A stretch of DNA of 32,000 bases from Synechococcus elongatus PCC 6301 (GTDB taxonomy: Bacteria > Cyanobacteriota > Cyanobacteriia > Synechococcales > Synechococcaceae), in the NCBI RefSeq assembly GCF_000010065.1, contig NC_006576.1, forward strand, positions 1,470,001 to 1,502,000, read 5' to 3'. Positions 18,387 to 27,473 of this stretch are shown piece after piece. Position 1 is the first letter of the stretch. Each line of letters begins with the position of its first letter. The notes beneath the pieces were generated by a model. The model was not told where the DNA came from, searched no databases, and was given only the letters and a program-made list of their open reading frames with translations. A program made the position numbers and the translations under genes.

Positions 18387-21212
18387 ATGTTGTCACAACT
18401 GCCAGAGCGGCGAATGCATTGGATCCGCTGGATATTAACAGTGGGTTGGCTCCTCATTATTGCCTCTCTCTTTTATGACCCTTGGACGGCAAAACTCACG
18501 ACTCCTGATCATCCTTGGAGTCCACTCCGGCTCTCTGAGAGCTGTATCCAAGTCCAAGGAAATTGCTTATCAGAGCAACCCTATCCTTTAGGAACAACAC
18601 TCTTTTGGGGTGCGATCGTTCCTGCTAGTATCTTTATTTTACTCGTGTTTGGTCATGAGCTTTGGCGACGGATTTGTCCTCTTTCATTCTTATCTCAAAT
18701 TCCTCGGTCTCTCGGATGGCAGCGACAATTTAGAAGGGAGAATAAAAAGACTGGTATGGTTCGCTATGAGCTCGCCAAGGTTCGCTCGGATTCTTGGTTA
18801 GGCCGCAATTATCCCTACGTTCAATTCAGCTGGTTATTTATCGGCTTATGTGGCCGAATTTTGTTTTTCAATGCCGATCGCCTCGTCCTAGCAGGCTGGT
18901 TGTTATCGACCGTGGCAGCCGCGATCGCAGTGGGCTACTGGTACGGCGGCAAGTCTTGGTGCCAATATTTCTGCCCGATGGCACCTGTTCAGTCTATTTA
19001 CAGTGAGCCAGGGGGATTATTAGGCAGCAAAGCTCACACCAGTGAGCAGCTGATTACACAGTCAATGTGCCGCACTTTCTTGCCAGATGGTCAGGAACAG
19101 AGTGCCTGCGTTGCCTGTCAAAATCCCTGCATTGATATTGATGCTGAACGCAACTACTGGAATAGTTTAAGCAAACCTGAAACTGGCTTCATTCGCTATG
19201 GCTATGTAGGCTTAGTGATTGGCTATTTCGGCTATTACTATCTCTATGCTGGCAACTGGAACTATTACTTCTCTGGAGCGTGGCTACGACAGACAGACCA
19301 GCTGACCTCACTCTTTGACCCAGGAATTTACCTATTCGGTCAAGCCATCAATGTTCCCAAAATCATCGCTGTTCCTCTTATCCTGGGGATCTGTACAGCG
19401 ATCGCTTATGGAGGGGGGCGGTGGCTAGAGAAGCGTGCAAAGTCTTACTATCGACGACATCCAAAAGAATTATCACTGGAGACGATTCGCCATCGTATTT
19501 TTACTCTCTGCACCTTTGGTATCTTCAATTTCTTTTTTATCTTTGGCGGACGTCCTCTTATTCAGCTCTTTCCCTGGGCTGTGCAATATCTCTACGATCT
19601 GGGATTAGTGACACTGAGTACACTTTGGCTCTACAAAACTTGGCGGCGCAGTCCTGATCTTTATTCCCGTGAAAATTTAGCCAATCGATTCCGCAAGCAA
19701 CTAGAAAAGCTACAGCTCAATGTATCGCAGTTCCTCGAGGGTCGAACCCTCAACGATCTCAACACTCACGAAGTCTATATCTTGGCTAAGGTACTGCCTG
19801 GATTTACTCGTGAGAAGCGACATCAAGCTTACAAAGGCGTAGTCCGAGAGGCCTTAGAAGAAGGCTACATCAACTATTCCAGCAGCCTAGAAGTTTTGCA
19901 GCAAATGCGTCAGGAGCTAGGCATTACGGATGATGAGCACCGCATCGTCCTCGAGGAAGTTGGAATTGAGGATCCTAGCCTACTCAATCCTGATCGCCAA
20001 CGCAGCCTTGAGAATCAGATTCGCCTTAGTGGTTATCGCAAATCACTGGAACGGTTACTGCTCCTGCAAAGCAAACAAGTAGCTCAGGGCTCATTGGATC
20101 CCGGATCCTTACAGGATTCAGCAACAATTCGATCGCTGCGCCGTCAGTACTCAATTACATCTCAAGATGAAGAGTGGATTTTGAGTGGGCTTGCAGGCAA
20201 TGCCAGCAGTGTTAAAAGAGCAGAGTTTCTGCTCGCACAGTTATCTCAATTAATCGATTGCTATCGTGTCCTCAATCAGCCAGTTCTCTATGATCACAAG
20301 GCTGTCCTGACCCTATTACGGGAGAACATCAGCCATAAAAAGGAATTGATCGTGCGATCGATTTTAGAAACCCTAGGACTGCTGCAATCCGATCCGGCTG
20401 CGTTGGGCTTAGCTCAACGTTTACAACAGGCGTCACCAGCAATTTTAGGGGAGGTTTTAGACCAAGGGCACTGGAGCGATCGCTTACCCGCAGCAATTTT
20501 GCAATGCCTGACCCAGCCCGGTGAAATGCCTGTTTTCTGTTCCCTAGAATTTTCGGCTCAGGCAACGCTCGGGCACCTAGAAACTTTGCTTCTGGATCAG
20601 AATCCCATGATTCAGGCGGCGGCGCTCTACGTCATCGCCCAATTGGATCCAGAGCGGAGTCAAGCGATCGCGCGTGATCAGCGTCACCCGTTCAACTCCC
20701 CACTGGTGAAAGCCACCCTTGAGCAGCTATTAGCATTGCCATCAAATGCCTCTGCTCATCCATCCCTGACCGACTTCCCAATGCTGGAGCGAGTGGTTTA
20801 CCTCTTCAATAGCGATTTCTTCCACCGCATGCAAAGTGAGACGCTCATTGCTCTTGCCGATCGCGCGGAAGTGAGAACTTATAGCAAGGGAGATCTCATC
20901 ACCGAAGCAGGAGACACCTGTCGAGAGTTACTACTGTTAATTGAAGGGCATGCCAACGTTCATTATCAAACTGGAGCTGAGGTTCGAATTGAACAGCTGC
21001 ATCCAGGTCAAACTCTAGATGAGTTGGAAGTTTTAGCCCATAGCAAGTCAGAGAATACGATCGTGGCTGACAGTGAGAGGACTCGAATTCTTGCCATTTC
21101 TGTCGATGCCTTTGATGACTTTCTTGATCATGATCCAGATTTTGCTCGACGGGTTTTGGAATTAGAAAGTCGGCAACTCCAGCGATTTGTGCGGTCGATG
21201 CAGTCGATCTAA
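18387..21212 (+). CDS. Multi-domain protein: NapH/CcoG-like membrane Fe-S module, helical middle region, C-terminal cyclic-nucleotide-binding-like domain
   Basis: Multiple TM helices; WCQYFCPMAP and CRTFLPDGQEQSACVACQNPCIDID cysteine motifs; C-terminal LIALADRAEVRTYSKGDLITEAGDTCRELLLLIEGHANVHYQTGAEVRIEQLHPGQTLDELEVLAHSKSENTIVADSERTRILAISVDAFDDFL fits the cNMP-binding fold. An alternative start is ATG 18414. Confidence 0.75.
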   Translation: MLSQLPERRMHWIRWILTVGWLLIIASLFYDPWTAKLTTPDHPWSPLRLSESCIQVQGNCLSEQPYPLGTTLFWGAIVPASIFILLVFGHELWRRICPLSFLSQIPRSLGWQRQFRRENKKTGMVRYELAKVRSDSWLGRNYPYVQFSWLFIGLCGRILFFNADRLVLAGWLLSTVAAAIAVGYWYGGKSWCQYFCPMAPVQSIYSEPGGLLGSKAHTSEQLITQSMCRTFLPDGQEQSACVACQNPCIDIDAERNYWNSLSKPETGFIRYGYVGLVIGYFGYYYLYAGNWNYYFSGAWLRQTDQLTSLFDPGIYLFGQAINVPKIIAVPLILGICTAIAYGGGRWLEKRAKSYYRRHPKELSLETIRHRIFTLCTFGIFNFFFIFGGRPLIQLFPWAVQYLYDLGLVTLSTLWLYKTWRRSPDLYSRENLANRFRKQLEKLQLNVSQFLEGRTLNDLNTHEVYILAKVLPGFTREKRHQAYKGVVREALEEGYINYSSSLEVLQQMRQELGITDDEHRIVLEEVGIEDPSLLNPDRQRSLENQIRLSGYRKSLERLLLLQSKQVAQGSLDPGSLQDSATIRSLRRQYSITSQDEEWILSGLAGNASSVKRAEFLLAQLSQLIDCYRVLNQPVLYDHKAVLTLLRENISHKKELIVRSILETLGLLQSDPAALGLAQRLQQASPAILGEVLDQGHWSDRLPAAILQCLTQPGEMPVFCSLEFSAQATLGHLETLLLDQNPMIQAAALYVIAQLDPERSQAIARDQRHPFNSPLVKATLEQLLALPSNASAHPSLTDFPMLERVVYLFNSDFFHRMQSETLIALADRAEVRTYSKGDLITEAGDTCRELLLLIEGHANVHYQTGAEVRIEQLHPGQTLDELEVLAHSKSENTIVADSERTRILAISVDAFDDFLDHDPDFARRVLELESRQLQRFVRSMQSI

Positions 21213-21472
21213 GAAGCAGTTGAAGCAGGTATTGTAACTATTGTTTCAGTTGAGACATTTACAAGATAGAAAATAAGGGGCTTAAGCTCCTTGTTCCAGA
21301 AGATTATCATCTTCGGCGAACTGTCCTATATAGATTAAAGAATGCAATAGTACTGGCTACAAAGCTCGCTGGCTGTTCAGCAATCGTGAAGTTGATCCCA
21401 ACTTTTACCCCAATTCTGGCGTCCACTAGTGAGAATGGCAGACTGAAGCCAACCACAGCCAAGGGAGGATCT

Positions 21473-22060
21473 ATGGGCTGGTTGAAAGGCACGATCGCGG
21501 TGATTGCGATCGCCATTGGGGGGACAGCAGCAGCAGGCTGGGTTTACTACCGGCCAGTGCTAGCACCTTTCCAGTTACAGGCCAATTCCTCTGGCACTGA
21601 AGCGAGTCAAGAACGGCGTCTCCTCTATGCCTGCAATCCCGATCGCGCTGGCTTAATTCTTTTGCCGGGCGCTTTGCCTGAAGCCAAAGCGGCGATCGCC
21701 CGCGAAATTACCGATCCGCAGCAGCAACAGTTGGCAAGTCAACTACTTGAAAACCTAGAGCGCGAGACTAAGCTCGGAGTTGGCACCAGTATCGGTCCTG
21801 TCTGGCTGAAGCAGCAGGAATCGACGATCAGTCGCGTCGTGGGTGAAACCGTGCGCCAGCAACTCACCACTGAACTCCAGAAGGAGTCCGATCCACTGGC
21901 GGCAGCATTGGGCAATCAATTTACAGACGCTTTGCTGCAGCCACTGGTCAATCAAGTCACCACCCAGGTGATTGGCGTCGCGAACGTTGTTCTAGAACAG
22001 AACATTAACCGCGCTTGCGGCACGACTGCTGCCTTCGGTAGCGCTCCAGCAGCAGAATAG
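21473..22060 (+). CDS. Hypothetical protein with N-terminal signal anchor
   Basis: ATG 21473 preceded by GGGAGG; MGWLKGTIAVIAIAIGGTAAAGWVYYRP hydrophobic N-terminus. The tracked start at 21386 is less likely. Confidence 0.6.
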   Translation: MGWLKGTIAVIAIAIGGTAAAGWVYYRPVLAPFQLQANSSGTEASQERRLLYACNPDRAGLILLPGALPEAKAAIAREITDPQQQQLASQLLENLERETKLGVGTSIGPVWLKQQESTISRVVGETVRQQLTTELQKESDPLAAALGNQFTDALLQPLVNQVTTQVIGVANVVLEQNINRACGTTAAFGSAPAAE

Positions 22061-22436
22061 CGACCAGATCATCCACGGGGCGGGGCGGCTGCCGTAAGCC
22101 CTGGGGTAGTAAGCGTCGCCAGCCCCGCACGGGATACATCTGCCAGTAGCGATCGCGGGCTTCGAGGGTGCTATTGCGCTCATCTACTAAGGCAATCGGC
22201 GGAGCACTCGGCAGGGCACTGAGTTGAGCTTGCCACTGCTGGGATGTGGTTTGGTTGCCGAGGACTAACAGTTGGGGCGATCGCGCTTGGAAAAGCTGGG
22301 CAAGCACTGCGATCGCCTCAGCGGAGGCCAAGATCCGGTGCTCCAGTATCTGCCCAGTCTGCGCTTCCATCAAGGCCAGACCACATTTATCACGGCCCGG
22401 ATCAAAGCCAATCCACAATCCTGCAGCACTGGTCAT
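22005..22436 (-). CDS. RuvX/YqgF-like RNase H-fold nuclease homolog
   Basis: LWIGFDPGRDKCGLALME resembles the YqgF N-terminal motif; LVDERNSTLEARDRYW. Confidence 0.6.
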   Translation of the reverse strand: MTSAAGLWIGFDPGRDKCGLALMEAQTGQILEHRILASAEAIAVLAQLFQARSPQLLVLGNQTTSQQWQAQLSALPSAPPIALVDERNSTLEARDRYWQMYPVRGWRRLLPQGLRQPPRPVDDLVAILLLERYRRQQSCRKRG

Positions 22437-23731
22437 GGCTCAGTCGAGAACTTGACTTGACCATTCTGGATGGCGCGGAGATCCAACTGCAGGGCATCAG
22501 CCGTGGAAATCGCCTCACTGGTCACCACCTCAATCGTCACCTCACCAGGCGTCTGGCGCAGTTGAGATAAGAAGCGCAGCAGGGTTTCAATCCGACCATC
22601 GCCAATCTCTAGAACCTCCGACAACACCCCCTGTTGGCGCGCCCGCAGCTGAGCCGCCGTCAGTAGGAGGTTAATCCGCTGGCGCAGTTCATCCGCATCG
22701 AGACTGCTGGGGACCAAGGAGGTACTGCCAATGCTACGCCCAGCCGGCAGCAGCAGCTGATTGGGGGTGGCATCCGAAAAGACAAATACGCGGGGTTCAC
22801 CAACCACCACGTTGGCAGCTGAGAGAATCCGCACCACAAACGGACGGCCCGTCCGCAGTTGTTCCCGCAAGCGATCAACTTCCGCTTGGGGGATCTGAAT
22901 GATCTGTTCCCGCACTTCTTGAATGCCAGGACGCGTCGCCTGAGCCGCCACCACATTGGCTTCGCGCAGGATCATGTCGATCGCCTCTTGAGTGCCCTGG
23001 GGTGCCAGAATTTGCACCAGTTTGCTGACCAAGACTTGCCCCCGCGTAAGGGCAACATTGCCCCGCCGGAAAGCAATTAGCGTTTGCTCCAGTTGCTGAA
23101 TTTCCCGAGTCAAGCTGGTCTGTTTGGACTCCAGCTCGCGCAGTTGCGCTTCACGGCTCGCGACTTCGCGATCGCGGCTTTGCAGCTGAGTTTTGAGCTG
23201 ATCAATCTGGTCGCGGACGGCTTGGCGCTGAGCTAACAAGTCTTGGCGTTCTTGCTGCAACTTGACCAAGTCCGATCGCAAACTCGCCGATCGCGTTTCC
23301 ACGTCCTCTAGCCGCACCGCTGTTTGTCGCTGCTGTTCTACCGCCGCCCGTAACTGCTGATTCGTGCGATCGAGCTGGCGTTGCGCTTCCTGTTGGCTGC
23401 GGCGGGCTTGCTCTCGTTGGGCAGCGCTGGCTTCGAGGTCGCGCCGCGCTGTTTCGAGATCCTGGCGGGCTTGGCGCAGGCGATCCTGAACCTGGTTGAA
23501 CTCAAATACCCCTGCCCGCAGCTGAGCACTGGTCGCGAAAAGAATGCCCAGGGTGGAAGCCGAAATGAAGCCACCCGTCAAAATGGTGACTACGACGGCC
23601 GTATCTTTAGGCCGTAGGTTGAACAGACTGAGGCGCGCCTTGCCAATTTTGCTGCCCAAGCGATCGCCAATCGTCGCGATCACGCCGCCCAGCACCAGCA
23701 CCGCTAAAACCAGAATGTATCCGGAAACCAT
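22433..23731 (-). CDS. DUF3084-like protein: N-terminal TM plus long coiled coil
   Basis: N-terminal TM segment, GDRLGSKIGKARLSLFNLRPKDTAVVVTILTGGFISASTL, then ~150 residues of heptad-like Q/R/E-rich coiled coil. Confidence 0.75.
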   Translation of the reverse strand: MVSGYILVLAVLVLGGVIATIGDRLGSKIGKARLSLFNLRPKDTAVVVTILTGGFISASTLGILFATSAQLRAGVFEFNQVQDRLRQARQDLETARRDLEASAAQREQARRSQQEAQRQLDRTNQQLRAAVEQQRQTAVRLEDVETRSASLRSDLVKLQQERQDLLAQRQAVRDQIDQLKTQLQSRDREVASREAQLRELESKQTSLTREIQQLEQTLIAFRRGNVALTRGQVLVSKLVQILAPQGTQEAIDMILREANVVAAQATRPGIQEVREQIIQIPQAEVDRLREQLRTGRPFVVRILSAANVVVGEPRVFVFSDATPNQLLLPAGRSIGSTSLVPSSLDADELRQRINLLLTAAQLRARQQGVLSEVLEIGDGRIETLLRFLSQLRQTPGEVTIEVVTSEAISTADALQLDLRAIQNGQVKFSTEP

Positions 23732-23823
23732 GTCGGGCCGCTGCCAGACTCCTCACACCTGTTCACTCCATGATGGGGGCGATAGGGAGCCTCAGCAACG
23801 GAATCCCTGAGTTGGAGTGAGAT

Positions 23824-24492
23824 TTAGCTGAACTGCTGACTCAGCGCCACCGGATTAAAGACCGTGATCCGCTTTTTGTGAATCGCAATCAGTTTTGATT
23901 CCCGTAGGTCACCCAGCAAGCGCGTCACTGTCACCCGCGTTGAGCCGATCGCTTCCGCAATTGCCTGGTGGGAAAGCTTGAGATCGATGGTGATGCCATC
24001 AGGGCTGGGGATGCCAAAGTCGCGACAGAGAATCAGCAAAAAGCTGACCAAGCGAGAACCCATATCGCGGTGCGCAAGCGTCTCGATCATCATTTCGGTC
24101 TGCAGAATCCGCGAGGACAGCCCCTGCAGCATCACGTTGGCCAGTTCCGGCCGTTCGATCAGCGCCTTCTGCATGAACTCGATCGGCACCGAAAACAGTT
24201 GAACCGGCGTAAAGGCCACTGCATGGTAGAAGCGATCGGAGCGCTGACCTGTCAGCAGCGACAGCACTCCAAACACGCTGTTCTCACGCAGCAGGGCCAC
24301 CGTAATTTCTTCGCCCGACTCATAGACTCGTGAGAGCTTGACCGCTCCTTTGACAAGCAGGTAGACCCGTTCAGCCGGATCCCCCGGGAAAAAGATGGTC
24401 TTACCCCGCTCAAACTGCTCAATCTGGAGGGGCAGCTTACCGCTTCCCAACTCCCGGAACATCGTCAGCAGAGAATTTTCGTTGGCCAGCAT
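23824..24492 (-). CDS. ntcA: Global nitrogen regulator NtcA (CRP/FNR family)
   Basis: [56 protein letters not shown] and [28 protein letters not shown] match the well-known NtcA sequence. Confidence 0.97.
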   Translation of the reverse strand: MLANENSLLTMFRELGSGKLPLQIEQFERGKTIFFPGDPAERVYLLVKGAVKLSRVYESGEEITVALLRENSVFGVLSLLTGQRSDRFYHAVAFTPVQLFSVPIEFMQKALIERPELANVMLQGLSSRILQTEMMIETLAHRDMGSRLVSFLLILCRDFGIPSPDGITIDLKLSHQAIAEAIGSTRVTVTRLLGDLRESKLIAIHKKRITVFNPVALSQQFS

Positions 24493-24606
24493 CGCAACCG
24501 TGCCTTATAACTCCGCGCAAGGAATGGCTGGTGGGCATGGCCATGAACAGCAGCGATCGCGCCGTTGTTGAGAAAGCCAGAACCAGAACGAGCCAAGTGT
24601 CTCGTT

Positions 24607-24648
24607 ACCGTACGGCCTAGCCTAGCTGCTGCTTGTAGCAACTGCTAC
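24607..24648 (-). promoter_or_regulatory. NtcA-activated class II-type promoter upstream of ntcA
   Basis: Plus-strand GTAGCAACTGCTAC (24635-24648) = GTA-N8-TAC. On the minus strand it is followed after 22 nt by TACGGT (24612-24607), a TAN3T -10 box at the canonical spacing. Confidence 0.8.
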
Positions 24649-24723
24649 TTTTTCGGCGACAGCCGTGGGGAGGCAGCCAACAGCGGATAATAAGCGGTTG
24701 GTTCTGTTGTTGCCCCTGCTATC

Positions 24724-25500
24724 ATGCTCGACCTCTCTGGAAAGAAAGCCCTCGTCACAGGCATCGCCAATAATCGCTCAATCGCTTGGGGGATTGCCCA
24801 ACAACTCCATGCTGCTGGGGCTGAGCTGGGGATTACCTACCTGCCTGACGATCGCGGCCGGACAGAGTCGAAAGTGCAAGAGCTGACCGCACCACTCAAC
24901 CCCAGTCTGTTCCTGCCGCTGAATGTGCAAGATGCAGCACAGGTTGACGAGACTTTGGGCACGATCGCCCAGCAGTGGGGCAACTTCGACATCCTGATCC
25001 ACTGCCTTGCCTTTGCCGGTAAAGAAGAACTGTCGGGTGACTTCAGCGCGACGACTCGCGAAGGTTATGCCCGCGCCCTGGAAATCAGTTCCTATTCATT
25101 GATCGACTTAGCGCGAGCCAGCAAACCGCTGCTCAATCAAGGCGGCAGCATCCTGACCCTGACTTATCTGGGTGGCGTGCGCGTCGTGCCCAACTACAAC
25201 GTCATGGGCACCGCCAAAGCCGCACTGGAAATGAATGTGCGCTACCTGGCAGCAGAATTTGGTCCGCAGGCCATACGCGTCAATGCCATCTCTGCTGGCC
25301 CGATTCGGACGCTGGCATCCTCAGCCGTCGGTGGCATCCTCGATATGATTCACCACGTTGAGGAAACCGCACCGCTGCGCCGTACTGTCACCCAAATGGA
25401 AGTCGGCAATACGGCAGCCTTCCTCTCCAGCCCGCTCGCCAGCGGCATCACCGGCCAAGTCATCTATGTCGATTCCGGCTACAGCATTATGGGAATGTAG
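24724..25500 (+). CDS. fabI: Enoyl-[acyl-carrier-protein] reductase (NADH)
   Basis: [34 protein letters not shown]; [41 protein letters not shown]. Confidence 0.95.
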   Translation: MLDLSGKKALVTGIANNRSIAWGIAQQLHAAGAELGITYLPDDRGRTESKVQELTAPLNPSLFLPLNVQDAAQVDETLGTIAQQWGNFDILIHCLAFAGKEELSGDFSATTREGYARALEISSYSLIDLARASKPLLNQGGSILTLTYLGGVRVVPNYNVMGTAKAALEMNVRYLAAEFGPQAIRVNAISAGPIRTLASSAVGGILDMIHHVEETAPLRRTVTQMEVGNTAAFLSSPLASGITGQVIYVDSGYSIMGM

Positions 25501-25514
25501 GCCGCGCAACGACT

Positions 25515-26144
25515 ATGCAACTCAGCGATCGCCCTTTGACTGCCCCGGGAACGGCACCCCGCCAAGCCACGGTCAGCCGCCGAACCGGAGAAACCGATGT
25601 TCAGGTGTTCCTCAATCTGGATGGCACCGGCCGGTGTCAGGCCGATACGGGGATTCCCTTCCTCGACCACATGTTCGATCAGATTGCTTCCCACGGCCTG
25701 ATCGATCTGGAAATCACGGCTAAGGGCGATCTGCACATCGATGATCACCACACCAATGAGGATGTGGGCATCACCTTCGGCTTAGCTCTGGCAGAAGCCT
25801 TGGGCGATCGCAAAGGGATTGTTCGTTTCGGTCACTTTGTGGCACCGCTGGATGAAGCCTTGGTGCAAGTGGCGCTGGACTTTTCGGGGCGGCCACACCT
25901 CACCTATGGCTTGACTCTGCCGACGGAACGGGTGGGCACCTACGAAACACAACTGGTGCGCGAGTTTTTTGTGGCGATCGCCAATAACGCCAAACTGACC
26001 TTGCATCTGCGTCAGTTGGACGGCATCAACTCGCACCACATCATCGAAGCGACTTTCAAAGCCTTTGCGCGATCGCTGCGCATGGCCACAGAAGTTGATC
26101 CGCGCCGTGCCGGTCAAATCCCTTCTTCGAAAGGGGTCCTTTAG
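25515..26144 (+). CDS. hisB: Imidazoleglycerol-phosphate dehydratase
   Basis: [54 protein letters not shown]. Confidence 0.95.
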   Translation: MQLSDRPLTAPGTAPRQATVSRRTGETDVQVFLNLDGTGRCQADTGIPFLDHMFDQIASHGLIDLEITAKGDLHIDDHHTNEDVGITFGLALAEALGDRKGIVRFGHFVAPLDEALVQVALDFSGRPHLTYGLTLPTERVGTYETQLVREFFVAIANNAKLTLHLRQLDGINSHHIIEATFKAFARSLRMATEVDPRRAGQIPSSKGVL

Positions 26145-26212
26145 CAGCGGCAGGGCGATCGCCGTCTGTCTTTCCCAGTTCTGAACTCCATCGTTCTGAG
26201 GCATCGCTCAGC

Positions 26213-26812
26213 ATGACCAACGCGGTCAACCAAGCGCAATTCTGGGAACAGCGCTATCAGGAGGGCAGCGATCGCTGGGATTTGGGGCAGGCGGCTCCTG
26301 TTTGGCGATCGTTACTGGCAGGGACTAATGCACCAGCACCCGGACGGATTGCTGTGCTGGGCTGTGGTCGCGGTCACGATGCCCGTCTGTTTGCTGAGCA
26401 GGGATTTGAGGTCGTGGGCTTTGATTTTGCCCCCAGTGCGATCGCAGCGGCTCAAGCATTGGCGCAGGGGACAACAGCTCAGTTTCTGCAGCGGGATATT
26501 TTTGCGCTGCCCCAAGAATTTGCCGGTCAGTTTGACACTGTGCTGGAACATACCTGTTTCTGTGCGATCGATCCCGATCGCCGAGCAGAGTATGTCGAAG
26601 TCGTGCGACAGATTCTCAAGCCCAAGGGCTGCTTGTTGGGACTGTTCTGGTGCCATGATCGCCCCTCAGGACCGCCCTATGGCTGCAGCCTGACTGAGCT
26701 GCGCGATCGCTTTGCTCAAGGCTGGCAAGAAGAGCAACTGGAGTCAGTCACCGAGTCTGTCGAAGGACGGCGTGGCGAAGAGTACCTCGGTCGCTGGCGT
26801 CGGTTGGACTAA
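26213..26812 (+). CDS. TPMT-like SAM-dependent methyltransferase
   Basis: FWEQRYQEGSDRWDLGQAAPVW; IAVLGCGRGHDARLFAEQGFEVVGFDFAPSAI. Confidence 0.8.
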   Translation: MTNAVNQAQFWEQRYQEGSDRWDLGQAAPVWRSLLAGTNAPAPGRIAVLGCGRGHDARLFAEQGFEVVGFDFAPSAIAAAQALAQGTTAQFLQRDIFALPQEFAGQFDTVLEHTCFCAIDPDRRAEYVEVVRQILKPKGCLLGLFWCHDRPSGPPYGCSLTELRDRFAQGWQEEQLESVTESVEGRRGEEYLGRWRRLD

Positions 26813-26872
26813 AGGCGACCAATCGCATCACCAATGATTGTCGCGATCGCAGACTGAGGCTAGGGTTTTGAA

Positions 26873-26942
<70 letters not shown>

Positions 26943-26984
26943 AAGCAAAGCTCACTCCTCTACCAGAGACTTTCGAACAACGGT

Positions 26985-27074
26985 ATGCGCTTGCTCTGTC
27001 TCAGCAACGGTCATGGCGAAGATCAGATTGCGATCCGCATTTTGACGGAACTGCGTCGACTTGAACCGGACTAA
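26985..27074 (+). pseudogene. 5' fragment of the lipid-A-disaccharide-synthase-related gene, ending in TAA
   Basis: MRLLCLSNGHGEDQIAIRILTELRRLEPD* against MRLLCLSNGHGEDQIAIRILTELRQLEPDWAIAALP at 29643; no homology continues beyond ~27082. Confidence 0.85.
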
Positions 27075-27473
27075 GCGATCGCAACTCACGGCTGTAAAGT
27101 CTTAGCAGATAAAGCTTGTCAGGAATTCATTGTTCTGTTGGTTTCGCAGGGTCATGACTGTCGTTTAGAGTTGGCGCAACAGTTCAAAGTTTGAATATTG
27201 AACCGAAGCAATGGAGGAAGATTACACTTCTGCTTAGTCAAGAAACACACAGCAACTGTGGCGGAATGATGAAGAACTATCTAAAAGTCACAAAAATTTG
27301 ATTAACCTTGCGATGATTTAATTACTACTCCGTAAATCCACCTCTGATCGATGCTTCCATTACACCACAAAAATCTTAAAGAAAGTTTTCCAGAGAGAAG
27401 GTCTCGCCAAACTCTGTCTTTGCTTGACTAGAGTCATCAGCAGTGTATTTCGATCATTCACAAATCAAGTCCT

